DNA from: Octopus sinensis
Lineage: Eukaryota
NCBI RefSeq assembly: GCF_006345805.1
Contig: NC_042997.1
Location: 213,156,001-213,220,000, forward strand
Reading direction: 5' to 3'
DNA length: 64,000 nt
The notes beneath the pieces are model-generated. The model was not told the origin of the DNA. It ran no database searches and saw nothing but the letters and a program-made list of their open reading frames with translations. Below are positions 25,330 through 37,420 of this stretch, in pieces. Position 1 is the first letter of the stretch. Every line of letters begins with the position of its first letter. The translations under genes were made by a program, and so were the position numbers.

Positions 25330-25755
25330 TGATGATGACGATGACGATGATGACGATGACAATGGCAATGATGATGACGATGGTGGTGGTGGTGGTGGTG
25401 GTGATGATGATGATGACAACGATGATGATGACGATGACGATGATGATGATGACGATGACGATGATGACGATGACAATGGCAATGATGATGACGATGGTGG
25501 TGGTGGTGGTGGTGGTGATGATGATGATGACAACGATGATGATGACGATGACGATGATGATGATGACGATGACGATGATGACGATGACAATGGCAATGAT
25601 GATGACGATGGTGGTGGTGGTGGTGGTGGTGATGATGATGATGACAACGATGATGATGACAATGATGATGATGACGATGATGACGATGACAATGGCATTG
25701 ATGATGACGATGGTGGTGGTAGTGGTGGTGATGATGATGACAACGATGATGATTG
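24650..25755. repeat. Compound (GAT/GAC/GGT)n microsatellite with higher-order units of about 102-120 bp
   Basis: Marker AATGG(C/A)A(A/T)TG recurs at 24704, 24899, 25010, 25125, 25241, 25361, 25475, 25589 and 25691; the array follows a degenerate RTE-type tail at about 24560-24657. Confidence 0.9.
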
Positions 25756-26309
25756 CTATAAAGATGCATTGGAAGACAAAAGTCATGAGCCTTTCCACAA
25801 ATATCGCATTGCATTCGCTGGAGTCATTTGCAATAATTTATTTTAATGAAAGTTCATCTCCAATTAATGTGACAAAGCTAAAATTGTTTTTATGAAGTAG
25901 TATCATATCCCATCTCTGAAGTATCATCAAGTTGCTGTCTATAATTAGTTCAAATTAAAGTGTAAAAATTCATTAGTAAAAGTTGGCAAGTGTTCTTTAC
26001 ATTTGCATTGAAGTCATTTGCAATGGATGCAAGAAAAGTCTGTTCAAAATTTTACTTCATTTCCTTACATTTGTATAAAGTCCTGGTTTGTGACTCTCAG
26101 CTCCCCACTCGACATTTTCATTGTGGATATTGCTGTTTCTGGGCAAAGATTGTTATTTTGTTGCACAGTAAAAATGGTTGTAATAAGATACACAGTGATA
26201 CTATAAATAACAATATATCAGACACAAAGAGTATTTGTCTCGATTTAAGATAATACAGTATATTTATCTTAATCTAAGGCAGAGATTCTCAACCATTTTT
26301 TGCTTATGG

Positions 26310-27012
26310 ATCCCATTTCATTCCTGCAATCGAAGAATGCAGAGAACAGGGATTGACTGTCGAGTATTACCACCTGGCAGTGGGGGCTAGAGGCTTCATT
26401 GAAAGGAAAATGACAACGCTTTTCAAAAGAAGATTTGTTTTTTCTAGCCCCGAGCTGTGTAAACTAATAAGGAGAGTACAGGAGGCGGTCGAAAAAGCCA
26501 TCTTCTATATATGGCTGAAGCGGGAAGACCGAAAATGGCTTGAAAGTCATAACATGCCGACAGGAAATAACATCATTAGGTGAGACAAGCTGACACTGAA
26601 TTAGCTTCGCTGACTGACAGGTGACGGTCGTTTAGAGAATGTGCGGGCTAAGACTATGCGCCTTCACTGGTCAGTTAAGGTGACACAGTGTCACATGACA
26701 ACTTGCTGGGGCTGCCTGCTGGAGCCTAGCGGCAGGTATTTAAAGGGAAAAATTTGACAAGTCAGTCAGTCACCAGCTGACACTTGAAGAGGCCAGGAAC
26801 AGAAGAAAGACATGCACCCAACACCAGAGCTGATGACACCTCTGAAAGCGGAGGTCCCGCCACGTCAAAACGGTAGAGGAGTAGGGGCTGAAACTGGACA
26901 TGGTTCCTCCTGATGATGTCTTGAGCTAACTGAATACTATAAAGGAGCTGTTGTGGTAGCAGACCACGAAACACGGTTGTAATTCCTCCTGGATGGATCT
27001 CCAAAGCCATTC
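26310..27012 (+). mobile_element. HERO-like RLE non-LTR retrotransposon 3' end and putative 3' UTR
   Basis: IEECREQGLTVEYYHLAVGARGFIE..RRVQEAVEKAIFYIWLKRED resembles the EVGARG...WIW.KR C-terminus of HERO-clade elements as recalled. Confidence 0.65.
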
Positions 27013-27741
27013 AATGTTTAAAAAAATTCTATTGTATTTTTATAATTGAATATTATTAGGAGTTTTATAAAAGAAATAAACTGTTAAAATATTTTGTGTA
27101 TTATAAAGGTAAAACCAATTTATTGCTGATAAACTTTAACAACAAAATCTTATGTGGACCCTGAAGGGCCATATGGAGCCCTGTTTGAAACCACTAAAGA
27201 AAACAAGATAAAGGAACAGCCATCTTAAATATATCAGGGTTGTATTTGACCCCTTGATTTTGATATCTTGAAATAATAAATAAAGCAGTTTTTATGTGTT
27301 CTTAAATGGTTCAAATGGTTCTTCCATGATGTAATTATTCCTTTTTATGATTCCCCTTATTTTTCTTAATCCTACTCATGTTGCCTGCTAAACTGAGAAA
27401 TAGATCTCCAGCAGTTCACTGTGCAAAGACACGAGTAACTCACTGAGTAGAAACCATGAGAATGTCCAGATGAAAGAATTAGTAGATAGTCTATTAGTTT
27501 ACCATTGAACCAACAGTCCATATACGACAAACCTAATGATAGGTAACCCAACATAAGAGCCTTTATGCAGTCACACTGCCTGCTAAAGCAACAGTGAAGT
27601 CCTACAGCAAACCCTTCAAGAAGAAAAATCACATTAAACAATGTAGATGTAAATATACAAAAAGATGGAATGGTCATAGCTGGAATGTCTGTTCAGTTAG
27701 AACTAATATAGGTTAAACAATAACTTTAAACCAGTATTCAT

Positions 27742-27970
27742 TTAACCCTTTAGCATTTAAACCAGCCATATCCGGCCAAAAGTATTCTGCCTGTTTTATG
27801 TTCAAACTGGCCAGATCTGGTCTCTCAGACCAACCCTACAATATCATTTTAAAAATTAACAGCTACCTCATCAAAATTTCATAGCTACAAGATAAGACAT
27901 GATTAGTTCAAAACAATGTGGATGAAAAAGCATTAATTTTGGCAGAATAATGTGAACACTAAAGGGTTAA
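27742..27970. mobile_element. piggyBac-type MITE
   Basis: TTAA-CCCTTTAG ... CTAAAGGG-TTAA. Confidence 0.8.
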
Positions 27971-29510
27971 AGATGTTACTGTGTAACTTATTATATTTGT
28001 GACCTTATTATTGCCAATATTCTAAATATCCCATCAATTTTTATTGAAACAAAACTGATTTGTTGTAAGCATTACTATGGCTTGTCAAAGATGTCAGATG
28101 AGTTTTATTGAATCAATGCAAGTAGAAAATTTCATAAAGTGTTGAAACCTTTCAACCCAGTTCTTCACTCGGTCTCTGATGTACATGACAGAAACAGGTG
28201 AATGAAAAAAACCACTTGCTATTTTGACAGGCTTTGAGACTAAGCTGGAACCACCGAAATCACATCAAGGGATTTCCTGATTTCCTTGTCAAAGCCTCTT
28301 CAACAGCAACAACAGAATTAGAGACTTTGATGTAATCCAAATAGATAGCTTTTGTCCTTGTTGAAAAATAGCTACTCCATCCATTTTGGAAATGACCTTG
28401 TATAAAGAAAATCCAGAAATCAAACCACTTACTCCAACAGTGCTTAGTTCAGAAGTATTCAGACCATATTTATATTTTAAAATGAATATCAGAAACATTG
28501 TTAATTATAATAGCATTCTGTGTATCTTACTTAATGTGTATTGTAGAAAACTAGACAAATGTGGCATTGATCTTGAAAAAGTGTCTTGTTTAGATTATAT
28601 AATGCTAAAACTACAGAAGAATATCGGTAGAAGATGAAAGCTACCAAGAATTTTACCACTGATTAGAATCTAATCAAGAAGTAATCAAATAAATTCCTAA
28701 TTTTAGATTCTAATAAATAGTTGTGAGACTAATGAAGCCTTAAATAAAGGATACCGTTCACAAAATATAAAATTGGTAAAATGTACTACCTGTAACTGAA
28801 TAATCATTTTGGTGTCAAAATGGTGCTTTTGTGTATGTATGTCAGATCTGGCAGCTGTAGAAACTCTGCCAGATCTGACTGGCCTGGTGCAGCCTTTGGG
28901 CTTCCCAGACCCCAGTTGAACCGTCCAACCCATGCTAGCATGGAAAGCGGACGTTAAACGATGATGATGATGATGATGATGTATTTCTTGTGTGTTCATA
29001 TGTATGTCTGCTTAAACATGTGTATATATGTATATTCATGTATGTGTATTTGACACGTGTGCATTTGTGCATTTATATCTATATGTTTCCCTAGTTTCTG
29101 TGACATTAAACAACTGAGAGTGGATGACTCTTCTATGAACCAGACATCAATCCGTTGCAAGGATAACTTCAGCTGCTACAACCCACTTTCAGCCTTTTGG
29201 AGTGTGGAAATATGAAGTGCCTTTCTTTAGGATACAACATCCCACCAGGTCTAGGAATTGAACCCGTCTTACAATCATGAATCTAACACTCTTGCTACTA
29301 GACTATGTGCTTTCTTAATTCCCTGCTTACACAAATTCTAGGCCAACTCACAGTTTCTCAGTAACTAAGACTTTGTCGCCATTCTCTTTTCTTCCACGAC
29401 AATTTAGAAATGTTCACAAGAAATGCATTGGACCAACGTTTAGAAATGACAAATGCATACAAAGACAATATTTGATAACTCACCCACGAACGTCCACAAT
29501 AAACTATGAA

Positions 29511-29749
29511 TGGATATTTGTCCTCATCTTGTTTGTTGTTAACAACGTTTCGGCTGATAAACTCTCCAGCCTTCATCACGGATCTTGGGGAAATTTCGAA
29601 CCTGGGTTCTCATTCCTAAGGTACACCACTATGCCATATACCCACGGGCATATAGCATAGTGGTTAAGAGCGCAGGCTACTAACCCCAAGATTCCAAGTT
29701 CAATTCCAGGCAGTGACCTGAATAATAATAGTAATAATAATAATAATAA
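29511..29749. mobile_element. Second copy of the tRNA-like/HHR Penelope family: inverted pLTR fragment plus tRNA-like head plus (AAT)n
   Basis: 29511-29621 matches the pLTR at 23665-23780 (same strand). The A box TAGCATAGTGG (29653-29663) and B box AGTTCAATTCC (29697-29707) match 23830-23904. Confidence 0.8.
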
Positions 29750-29934
29750 CTCTTGGAGTGATTGGCATCCAGCCATAGAAACCATGGCAAATCAGACTGG
29801 AGTCTGGTGCGGCCTTCCGGCTTACCAGCCCTGATCAAACCATCCAACCTATACCAGCATGGACAATGAGCATTAAATGATGATGAAGAGAGTATAAATC
29901 TAGACACGGCAGAATCGGTCAGCATCTACACTGA

Positions 29935-30605
29935 TTAATATGTCAACATTATAAAATCAAAACTGTTGACAAATGGTACAAGCACCACCCTGTGGCTGTT
30001 AGAGAGGGAGAAAATGTAACGATTCTTTGGGACTTCCCAGTATGTACAGATGTGACCATCAAGGCAAATAAACCAGAAATTGTTTTGAAAGACCAAAACA
30101 ATAAAGTCTGTTTATTGATTGATGTGAGCGTACTTTGTGACTATGATGTCTCAGCAAAAGAATTTGATAAACTCAGAAAATATAAAGATCTGCTGATTGA
30201 AATCGAAAAGATGTCGCATCTCAAGATGGTTACAATACCAGTGATTGTAGGAGCACTTGGAATGATCAAAAAAGGAACTGAAAATTATTTAAGAATGATT
30301 CTTGGCTTACCATCCATGCAGGAAGGGCAAAAGATCATCTCAACTTGTATGTCACACATACTGAGAAAAGCGAAGTCGCTGAGTATTTTTTCTTTCCATT
30401 TTTTCCTCTTTACTTTCTTTTGTTACTTTTTTATTTTTTTATTTTTCTGTTTGTCTTTCTTCCCCTTTTCATCTTTACACATGAACTCTGTAAAGGAACA
30501 ATCTGGTGTGTTTGATTTATAGGCCTATGAATGTATATGGTGAGTTTCTCTGCTCTAGGTGTCAGGAAGACATTCAAAAAGAAATGGAAACACAATTGAA
30601 AGAAG
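29935..30605 (+). mobile_element. R4/Dong-like non-LTR retrotransposon 3' end (RLE domain)
   Basis: ILWDFPVCTDVTIKANKPEIVLKD..LLIDVSV..AKEFDKLRKYKDLLIEI..IPVIVGALG, typical PD-(D/E)xK RLE of the R4 clade. Confidence 0.85.
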
Positions 30606-30614
30606 ATGATGATG

Positions 30615-30672
<58 letters not shown>

Positions 30673-30709
30673 TAATAATAATAATAATAATGATATTAAT
30701 GATGATAAT

Positions 30710-30749
<40 letters not shown>

Positions 30750-30763
30750 TTAATAATAATAAC

Positions 30764-30816
<53 letters not shown>

Positions 30817-30836
30817 TGATGATATTAATGATAATG

Positions 30837-30870
<34 letters not shown>

Positions 30871-30911
30871 TAATAATAATAATAATAATAATATTAATAA
30901 TAATAATGATG

Positions 30912-30954
<43 letters not shown>

Positions 30955-30973
30955 TAATAATGATGATGATAAA

Positions 30974-31024
<51 letters not shown>
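30606..31024. repeat. (AAT)n microsatellite, about 420 bp
   Basis: Direct observation; abuts the R4/Dong 3' end. Confidence 0.97.
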
Positions 31025-31989
31025 CCTTTCTACTAAAGGCATAAGGTCTGAAATTTTGCGGGAGCGGGTTAGTCAATTACGTTGACCTCAGTGCTCCATT
31101 GGTACTTATTTTATCAACCCTGAAAGGATGAAAAGCAAAGTCGACTGCAGTGGAATTTGAACTCAGAAAGTAAAGACAGACGAAATGCCACAAAAATGCT
31201 AGCGGTTCTGCCAGCTCACTGCCCTAATAATATGCTACCCCACATAAATTCTAGCAGGATTAAGAACTAAACTGACTTAAATCATCAATAATAATAATAA
31301 TAATAATAACTAGCAGGACTTGTGGAGATTTCACATGTGCAGGTCCGCATATTTGAAAACCTTATGTTATTACATTAAGCACAAATGAGGAATTTCCAAA
31401 ATTCTTTTGAAATCCTGCCATTTTATCAAAAATATAATTGAAATGAAGATAGAAAGTATTGCTTAATTTCCTTCTTTTGATATGTTTCACAGATGTGATG
31501 CGCTTTATAGTTTAAGGAACTAAAAATAAATCAAACTGATAAAACTTATATGTATATATACATTAAAAAAACTACGCTTTTCACAGTCGAACCACCACCA
31601 AGACTCAGTCAAAGCTATTTACCATTTGAGATTATTTTCATTTCTTTTCAGTTCAGTTCAGTTACATATCTACTTGTATATCTATTAATATATCTCTCTA
31701 TCTGCATATCCATTGCTATATCTATAGACTCACCTAATTACCTATCCGTCAAGCTAGCTTGCTAACTAGCTAATTAACTATCATATCTGCATTCCCTCCT
31801 GTATCTGTCTATTCTCATAATACCAATAAGTATTAAAACCAAAGTTCAAAAAGAATAAATAAATATATAATGGCAGTGAACCAGCTTGGCTACAGGCTTC
31901 CATCTGGAATGTGGAAAAGATGAAAGTGAAACAGCCACGGCTGTTTGCAAACTTCTAACAGAAATATTTCAGAGTGTTTGGGTGTCAAT

Positions 31990-32200
31990 CTGAGGACAAT
32001 GCCATCTGAGGACATGTACCAAGAGTGATAAAAATCAAACATCCAGTCGACATCATGGTGTTTGGAGTAATCATTAGTGATGGTGATGTTATGCGTACAT
32101 TTATTTTCCTACATGGCCTCAGACTCTGGAGGCCTGTATCAAGTGCTTGGAGGAGGTAGGGCTACCCTGGGTCAAGAGGGTGGCTGCTGGAAGATCCTAT
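31990..32200 (+). mobile_element. Tc1/mariner-superfamily (maT-like) transposase fragment
   Basis: VPRVIKIKHPVDIMVFGVIISDGDVMRTFIF..CLEEVGLPWVKRVAAGRSYV. Confidence 0.65.
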
Positions 32201-32409
32201 GTGCTGGTGGCACGTAAAAACGTGCTGGTGGCATGTAATAAGCCCCCACTACACTCACGGAGTGGTTGGCGTTAGGAAGGGCATCCAACTGTAGAAACAC
32301 TGCCAGATCAGACTGGAGCCTGGTGCAGTCTTCTGGCTTCCCAGACCCCGGTCAAACTGTCCAACCCATGCTAGCACGGAAAGCAGATGTTAAACAATGA
32401 TGATGATAC

Positions 32410-33430
32410 ATATATATATAATAACAATATAATAAATAAAACATATATGTACATACCTACATCTATATGTATATATACATGCATATATGAGTACAGGACA
32501 CCACAAATAAACGTAGAACACAACGAGAAACGAAAACATAAAACCAAACAAGGAAACGGACTTTTTTTAACAACGAAAAAACAGAGTACAAGACAACAAT
32601 ACAAGGAACATTCCCCTTCTTTAGCTGCCCCTGTTTTGACTCAATGCATGTTTCGAAGGTAAGGGCAGAACATGACCACACCAAAGCAGTCCTTCCCGCA
32701 AAATGAATTAAATAAAATTCTTTTGCGGAGGGGTAAAAAAAGTGACAAGAACAGGACGTAAAAAAAACAGTACAAATAAAGAATAAAAACAGGACGAAAA
32801 AAAAACAGTACAAATAAAGAATAAAAACAGTAAAAGACAGGACAAGGAAACCAACAATAAGGGCTTTTTTTAAGCCTAGACGGTGGAAAAATTCGTTAGA
32901 ACACATTCTGAAGATCGGCTTGCGGAAGACAGAAGAAAGCCGATGTTGACTCATTGAAAGCAGTGTGCAGAAAGAAAGTTAGTAGCCCTCCGGTCAGCGG
33001 CCAGAGAGAGGAGGAGGAGTGAGAGAGAGGAGGAGGAGGAGTGACAGAGAGAGAGGAAAAGAAACCAGAAAGGGTGAAAAATAAGGAGAGAGATAGGTAG
33101 AGAGGAAGACAGACAGGCAGGGAGGAAAGGTCAAGTAAAGAGATAAGAGTGCGCGTCATAATTATTGAAATAAAACTTACTTGGAAGAAGAAGAAGAAGA
33201 AAAACGATGCGTGCGTTCGATCATATAATAACAATATAATAAATAAAACATATGCATACATACATACATATATGTACATACCTACATCTATATGTATATA
33301 TACATGCATATATGAGTACAGGACACCACAAATAAACATAGAACACAACGAGAAACGAAAACATAAAACCAAACAAGGAAACGGACTTTTTTTAACAACA
33401 AAAAAAACAGAGTACAAGACAACCAACATA
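32410..33430. repeat. Unclassified interspersed repeat with about 200-bp terminal direct repeats
   Basis: About 32412-32615 recurs at about 33224-33425; internal short tandem duplication at about 32760-32830 and a purine-rich tract. Confidence 0.65.
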
Positions 33431-34074
33431 AGGAACATTACATATATATACATATATGTATGTATATATCTATGTCTATGTTTGTGTGCGTCTTTGCGTC
33501 TGTGTTTACATCCCCATAACTTAGTGGTTTGGTAAGAGAGACTGATAAAATAAGTCCCAGGCTTAACAGAAATTATAAGTACGGAAGTGGATTCATTCAT
33601 CTAAAACAAATCGTTGAAGATGGTGCTCCATCATGGCCGCAGTCTAATGACTGAAACAAGTAAAAGGTAGAAGATAAAAGATGAAATATTTGCCTGGAAA
33701 GGTGAAGCATCTCCCCAAGCCTTGGCCATCACTGCAATCATACTATGAAGAGATTGCTCAGTCTAAACATGAACGACAGACTAATTCGTATTTAAATTGG
33801 TCAGTGTAATCATCATGGTCCAGTGGTTAAGGTGTTGTGTTGATGATCATGAAACCATGGTTTCGATTGCCAGACTGGTTGTGTTTTGTGCTCTTGAGAA
33901 AAACTCTTCATTTTGCATTGCTTCAGTCCACTCAGCTGTAAAAGAGTGAGATGGTGACTCGGGAAAATCACCTGGATGCAAGTCTTGTGAGCCATGTTTT
34001 GTATTCAGCAATACAGCACACAAGACAGTATAGAACCCATACTGTGAATAACGACTTGTTGGGAAAAGAGAGGG

Positions 34075-35335
34075 AAGCCCTCAATTATAGATTTGTCTCT
34101 CTGGAACTTATTAACTGGCCTGCTATGAGCAGATTGATTTTTAACGAGGAGGATTTATTGCCAGAGAAGCAAAAAGGATGCAGAAAGAAGTTAAACAGGA
34201 GTGCCGATCTGCGGTATGTAGATAGTAGGGTATTAAATGAGGTTTGAGGAAGAAGGATTTAGCTGTTGGCTGGATAGATTACAGGAAGGATTATGATAAT
34301 GTTCCACATTGCCAGCTCTTGAAATTCCTGAAGATGCTCAGAGTCAATGAGAATATAAAGAGCTTTTTGAAGACAGTAGTGAGGATGCTGGATGCAGAAG
34401 TGACCTGAGCAAATGAATCGCTAGGAAACAGGAAAAAACACCGGAGCATCTTTCAAAGAGACTTGATCTCTTTGTTACTCTTCGTAATGCCTCTGATATG
34501 TATACCGAGAAAATCCAGGCCTGCCAATGGAGTTTATCAAAACCAAGGTGAGAATAAATTACCTTCTTCATATGAAAAACCCCAACGTATATACAAAAAA
34601 GGAGAAAGTCCTGGATTTCACTAATGCAAGCAGTAAAAGCATTCAGCAAGGAAATTTGTAATCCAGTTTGGAGCAAATAAGTGTACAATACTAATTATGA
34701 AGAGAAGCCAGAAGATAAACTCTGGTGGCATAAAATTACCACAAGACAGAATAATGAAGATGCAAATACTTTGGAGTCCTGCAAGACAAGAGGAGGAAAG
34801 GATGAGAAATGAGAGAGTAAAATCTCTAAACAGTACAAGAGGAGAATTAGAAAGGAAAGAATCAAATGGAGGGAATATCATAAAAGCAATAAATACATGG
34901 GCTACGTGTGTACTGAGATAGTCTGCTTGCTTTCTGAAATGGGCAAAGGTTGAGTTTCAGGATTTGGAGAGAACTAGAAAGCTGCTCACTATATACAATG
35001 TACACCACCCTAAAAGTACTATTGACAGACCCTACCACACAAGGGAGGGAGGGAGACAGAGGATTAGAAAACTCAGAAGACATCATTAGGACTATGATAT
35101 TCAGGTTGAAAAATTATGCTGCACAGAGTGAAGAAAGAACACTTTCAGAAGCTAGAAATGGCAAAAAGTTACTGAAAGAGTAGAGGAACTCAAGAAGAGA
35201 ATGAAGAAGAACAGAGCATGCGAATAGAAAGAAGCAGAATTACGTGGCCAGTTCGAGCAACAAACCAGGATCATAGAAAGAAAAAAATGCTGGATCTGGT
35301 TGATGGACAGAAACCTAAAATGAGAGACCAGCACT
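34075..35335 (+). mobile_element. Decayed R4/Dong-like RT region
   Basis: LLPEKQKGCRK, WIDYRKDYDNVPH, GNIIKAINTWATCVLR, HPK..REGGRGLENSED; many frameshifts. Confidence 0.8.
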
Positions 35336-35339
35336 TTCC

Positions 35340-37420
35340 ATTTTAAGTGAAACTTGAGAAGTTGATGAGGGGTTGACCAAAGAAGAAAGCGTCTGTCTTC
35401 AGCCCTTTCAATCTGGTCCACCTCACAACCTCTTTCGCTAAGGCCACCAGGCAAAGAAACACTGCCTGCCCTTCCTAGCCAAAGGAAGGTAGCAGGGTGG
35501 TCTTCATGATGGATTCAACTGATAACTGAATCCATCCTACATGTGACAGCAGGTGTTCAACATAAACCCACAAGTTAGCAATGCTTGGGCACTGGATGAA
35601 TGCCTGCAGAACAGTTTTGTCGCTCTGCGTGCACCTCAGGAAAATCTGGCTGATGGCATTTCCATGTGTGTAGAATTTATCCGAAACTGGTAATAGTCCC
35701 ACTCCCTTAGCAATGCCAGACCAGGGATTATCCATGGGCCCTTGCCTGAAAGTTCTTCGGAACAGACCAGCCAACTCATTTTCATCGATGCCTAGAGTCT
35801 CCCCAAGAACATTGTTGCACTTACCCATCACTGTCCCTCTATGGAATGCCTGAGTGGAATTTCCACCAACCGCATTGCCCAACTGACAGTGACTGAGAGC
35901 ACCTAACAACACTTTAGGTGCAAGGTGCCCTTCCTCGGTCTGTGCTTGATTCAGGGCTGTAGCTCAAACAAAGAGACGAGCTGTGGAAAATCATGTTTGA
36001 CAAATGGTGACCACACCGGCTCACCATCTAGAAAACACTAGAGATGTTGCAGCCTCAGCACATGTTTGCGCATCAGCAGCCAGAGTATGCCCAGTCCTCC
36101 ATTCAGTGGGTGTTGACAGCAAATGGAGCCCCTCACTAGTGGAACGCACCCTTTCCACAGAAAGCAGAAGAGTACATGCTCCAGTTTGGTCAGATGTAAA
36201 CTCGGGCAAGGTACAACAGTCAGGTGATAATATATGATGGGTGTGATGTATGCATTCGCCACCTCTCCTTGACCTTTCAGGGATAGCTTCCACGATTTTC
36301 TCCATCAACTGCTGCTCAACTAGTTCAGAAATCCGACCATTGTAATCTTTGAGTGCCGGTAAGTGTTATGTGTTATTTCATTCTAATGGGATAGACAATC
36401 AATATGAAACCATTGGTATCGTTTTACGTGTTTATTTACTTTTTCATGCTACACGAACTGAACCACATTCAGCGCAGCGACACCTATATAACTTTAGACA
36501 CAGCGTAGTAGTACTTCAAAACACGCATTCCACACACGCACGCCCACGTATACGCATATATATGAATGTGTAACAGTAAGGATGTGTTCAGCTTCCAGTA
36601 ACCATACTCCTGTCTTCAGGTCCTATCTATATCAAGTGAGCAAATTACAAATTTGTGGTCAGTATAGCTGATCAGTTTTAACTGTGGACATGCTATGCTA
36701 CCCCTATCCACTGACCTAACAAACAATAGATTTGATCTGGATGACCCACTGTGGTTGCTCCATGCCCACACTGGTATCAGGGAAATCCAGTCAGAACCTG
36801 TTAAGCAGCTAGAAGTTGTTTCTGGGCAGGTTTCCTATGCATTAGCATCACACAGTCCTTCTGTGCATCCAAAATACTATTCCAGTACTCCACTAATACT
36901 AAAGAGCAAGACGTCCCCAGGAATGTTTCTTGACAACTGAAGAAATCTAGCCTTCCATCCCCTGCTACGACACAAACAGCCGTCAGTCTAAAGGTTACGG
37001 TTCACTTCTAGGACCATCAACTTACCATTCGGATCCATAAGACTGCCTATATTTTGAGATCTAAGTATTTCCAGACTAACACCATTACCCACCAACCATC
37101 CTGAAAGACCACAAGATGAGAATTTCTCATAGATGTCGTAAATTCTAGTGTGCGCTCCAAGATTTCTCATCCTGCTAATGACTACCACATTATGTCAGAT
37201 GACATAAGATAGTTGAGCAAGTGACCTTGCTTCTGAACTGACTCCAGGGTACTCACATTCTTCACATACCCCAATCTGAGAACAGAAACAAAGATATTTG
37301 AAGTGACAGACACCATGATATTGACTGTATATGCTGACACAATTTTATTGTAGCTCAGTTTGAGCAGGAGACCTCACAAATTCTTCATCCTCTACTCCAG
37401 AGCTAAAACATACAGAAACA
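35340..37420 (-). mobile_element. Decayed Tx1/L1-type LINE (APE to C-terminus, internally deleted)
   Basis: DPNGKLMVLEV (APE), YITPIIYYHLTVVPCP..LFCFLWKG..HPLNGGLG (RT C-terminus), FLCLVALAKEVVRWTRLKGLKT (zinc-knuckle-distal region). Confidence 0.75.

Noticed and set aside
24618-25895. Four long ORFs (368-412 aa; His-, Ser-, Ile- or Met/Asp-rich)
   Set aside because: Open on both strands because triplet repeats lack stops; no splice context or non-repetitive domain.
27372-28637. Several 70-100 aa ORFs in non-repetitive DNA
   Set aside because: No recognisable motifs or consistent splice-site pairs.
29646-29720. True tRNA gene (also the SINE heads at 933, 14085, 44286, 53179)
   Set aside because: A/B boxes are present but acceptor and anticodon stems do not pair fully, and each runs into repeat body sequence.
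30431-31085. Poly-Asn / poly-Ile / poly-Leu ORFs
   Set aside because: Translations of an (AAT)n microsatellite.
31470-31545. Possible + terminal exon (TTTCACAG|ATGTGATG..TAA, AATAAA)
   Set aside because: Only about 7 codons and no upstream exons identified; compatible with chance in AT-rich DNA.
32905-32970. CACATT-CTGAAGA..GAAA-GC-AGTGTG hammerhead-like layout
   Set aside because: Stem II does not close next to GAAA and there is no UH cleavage triplet.
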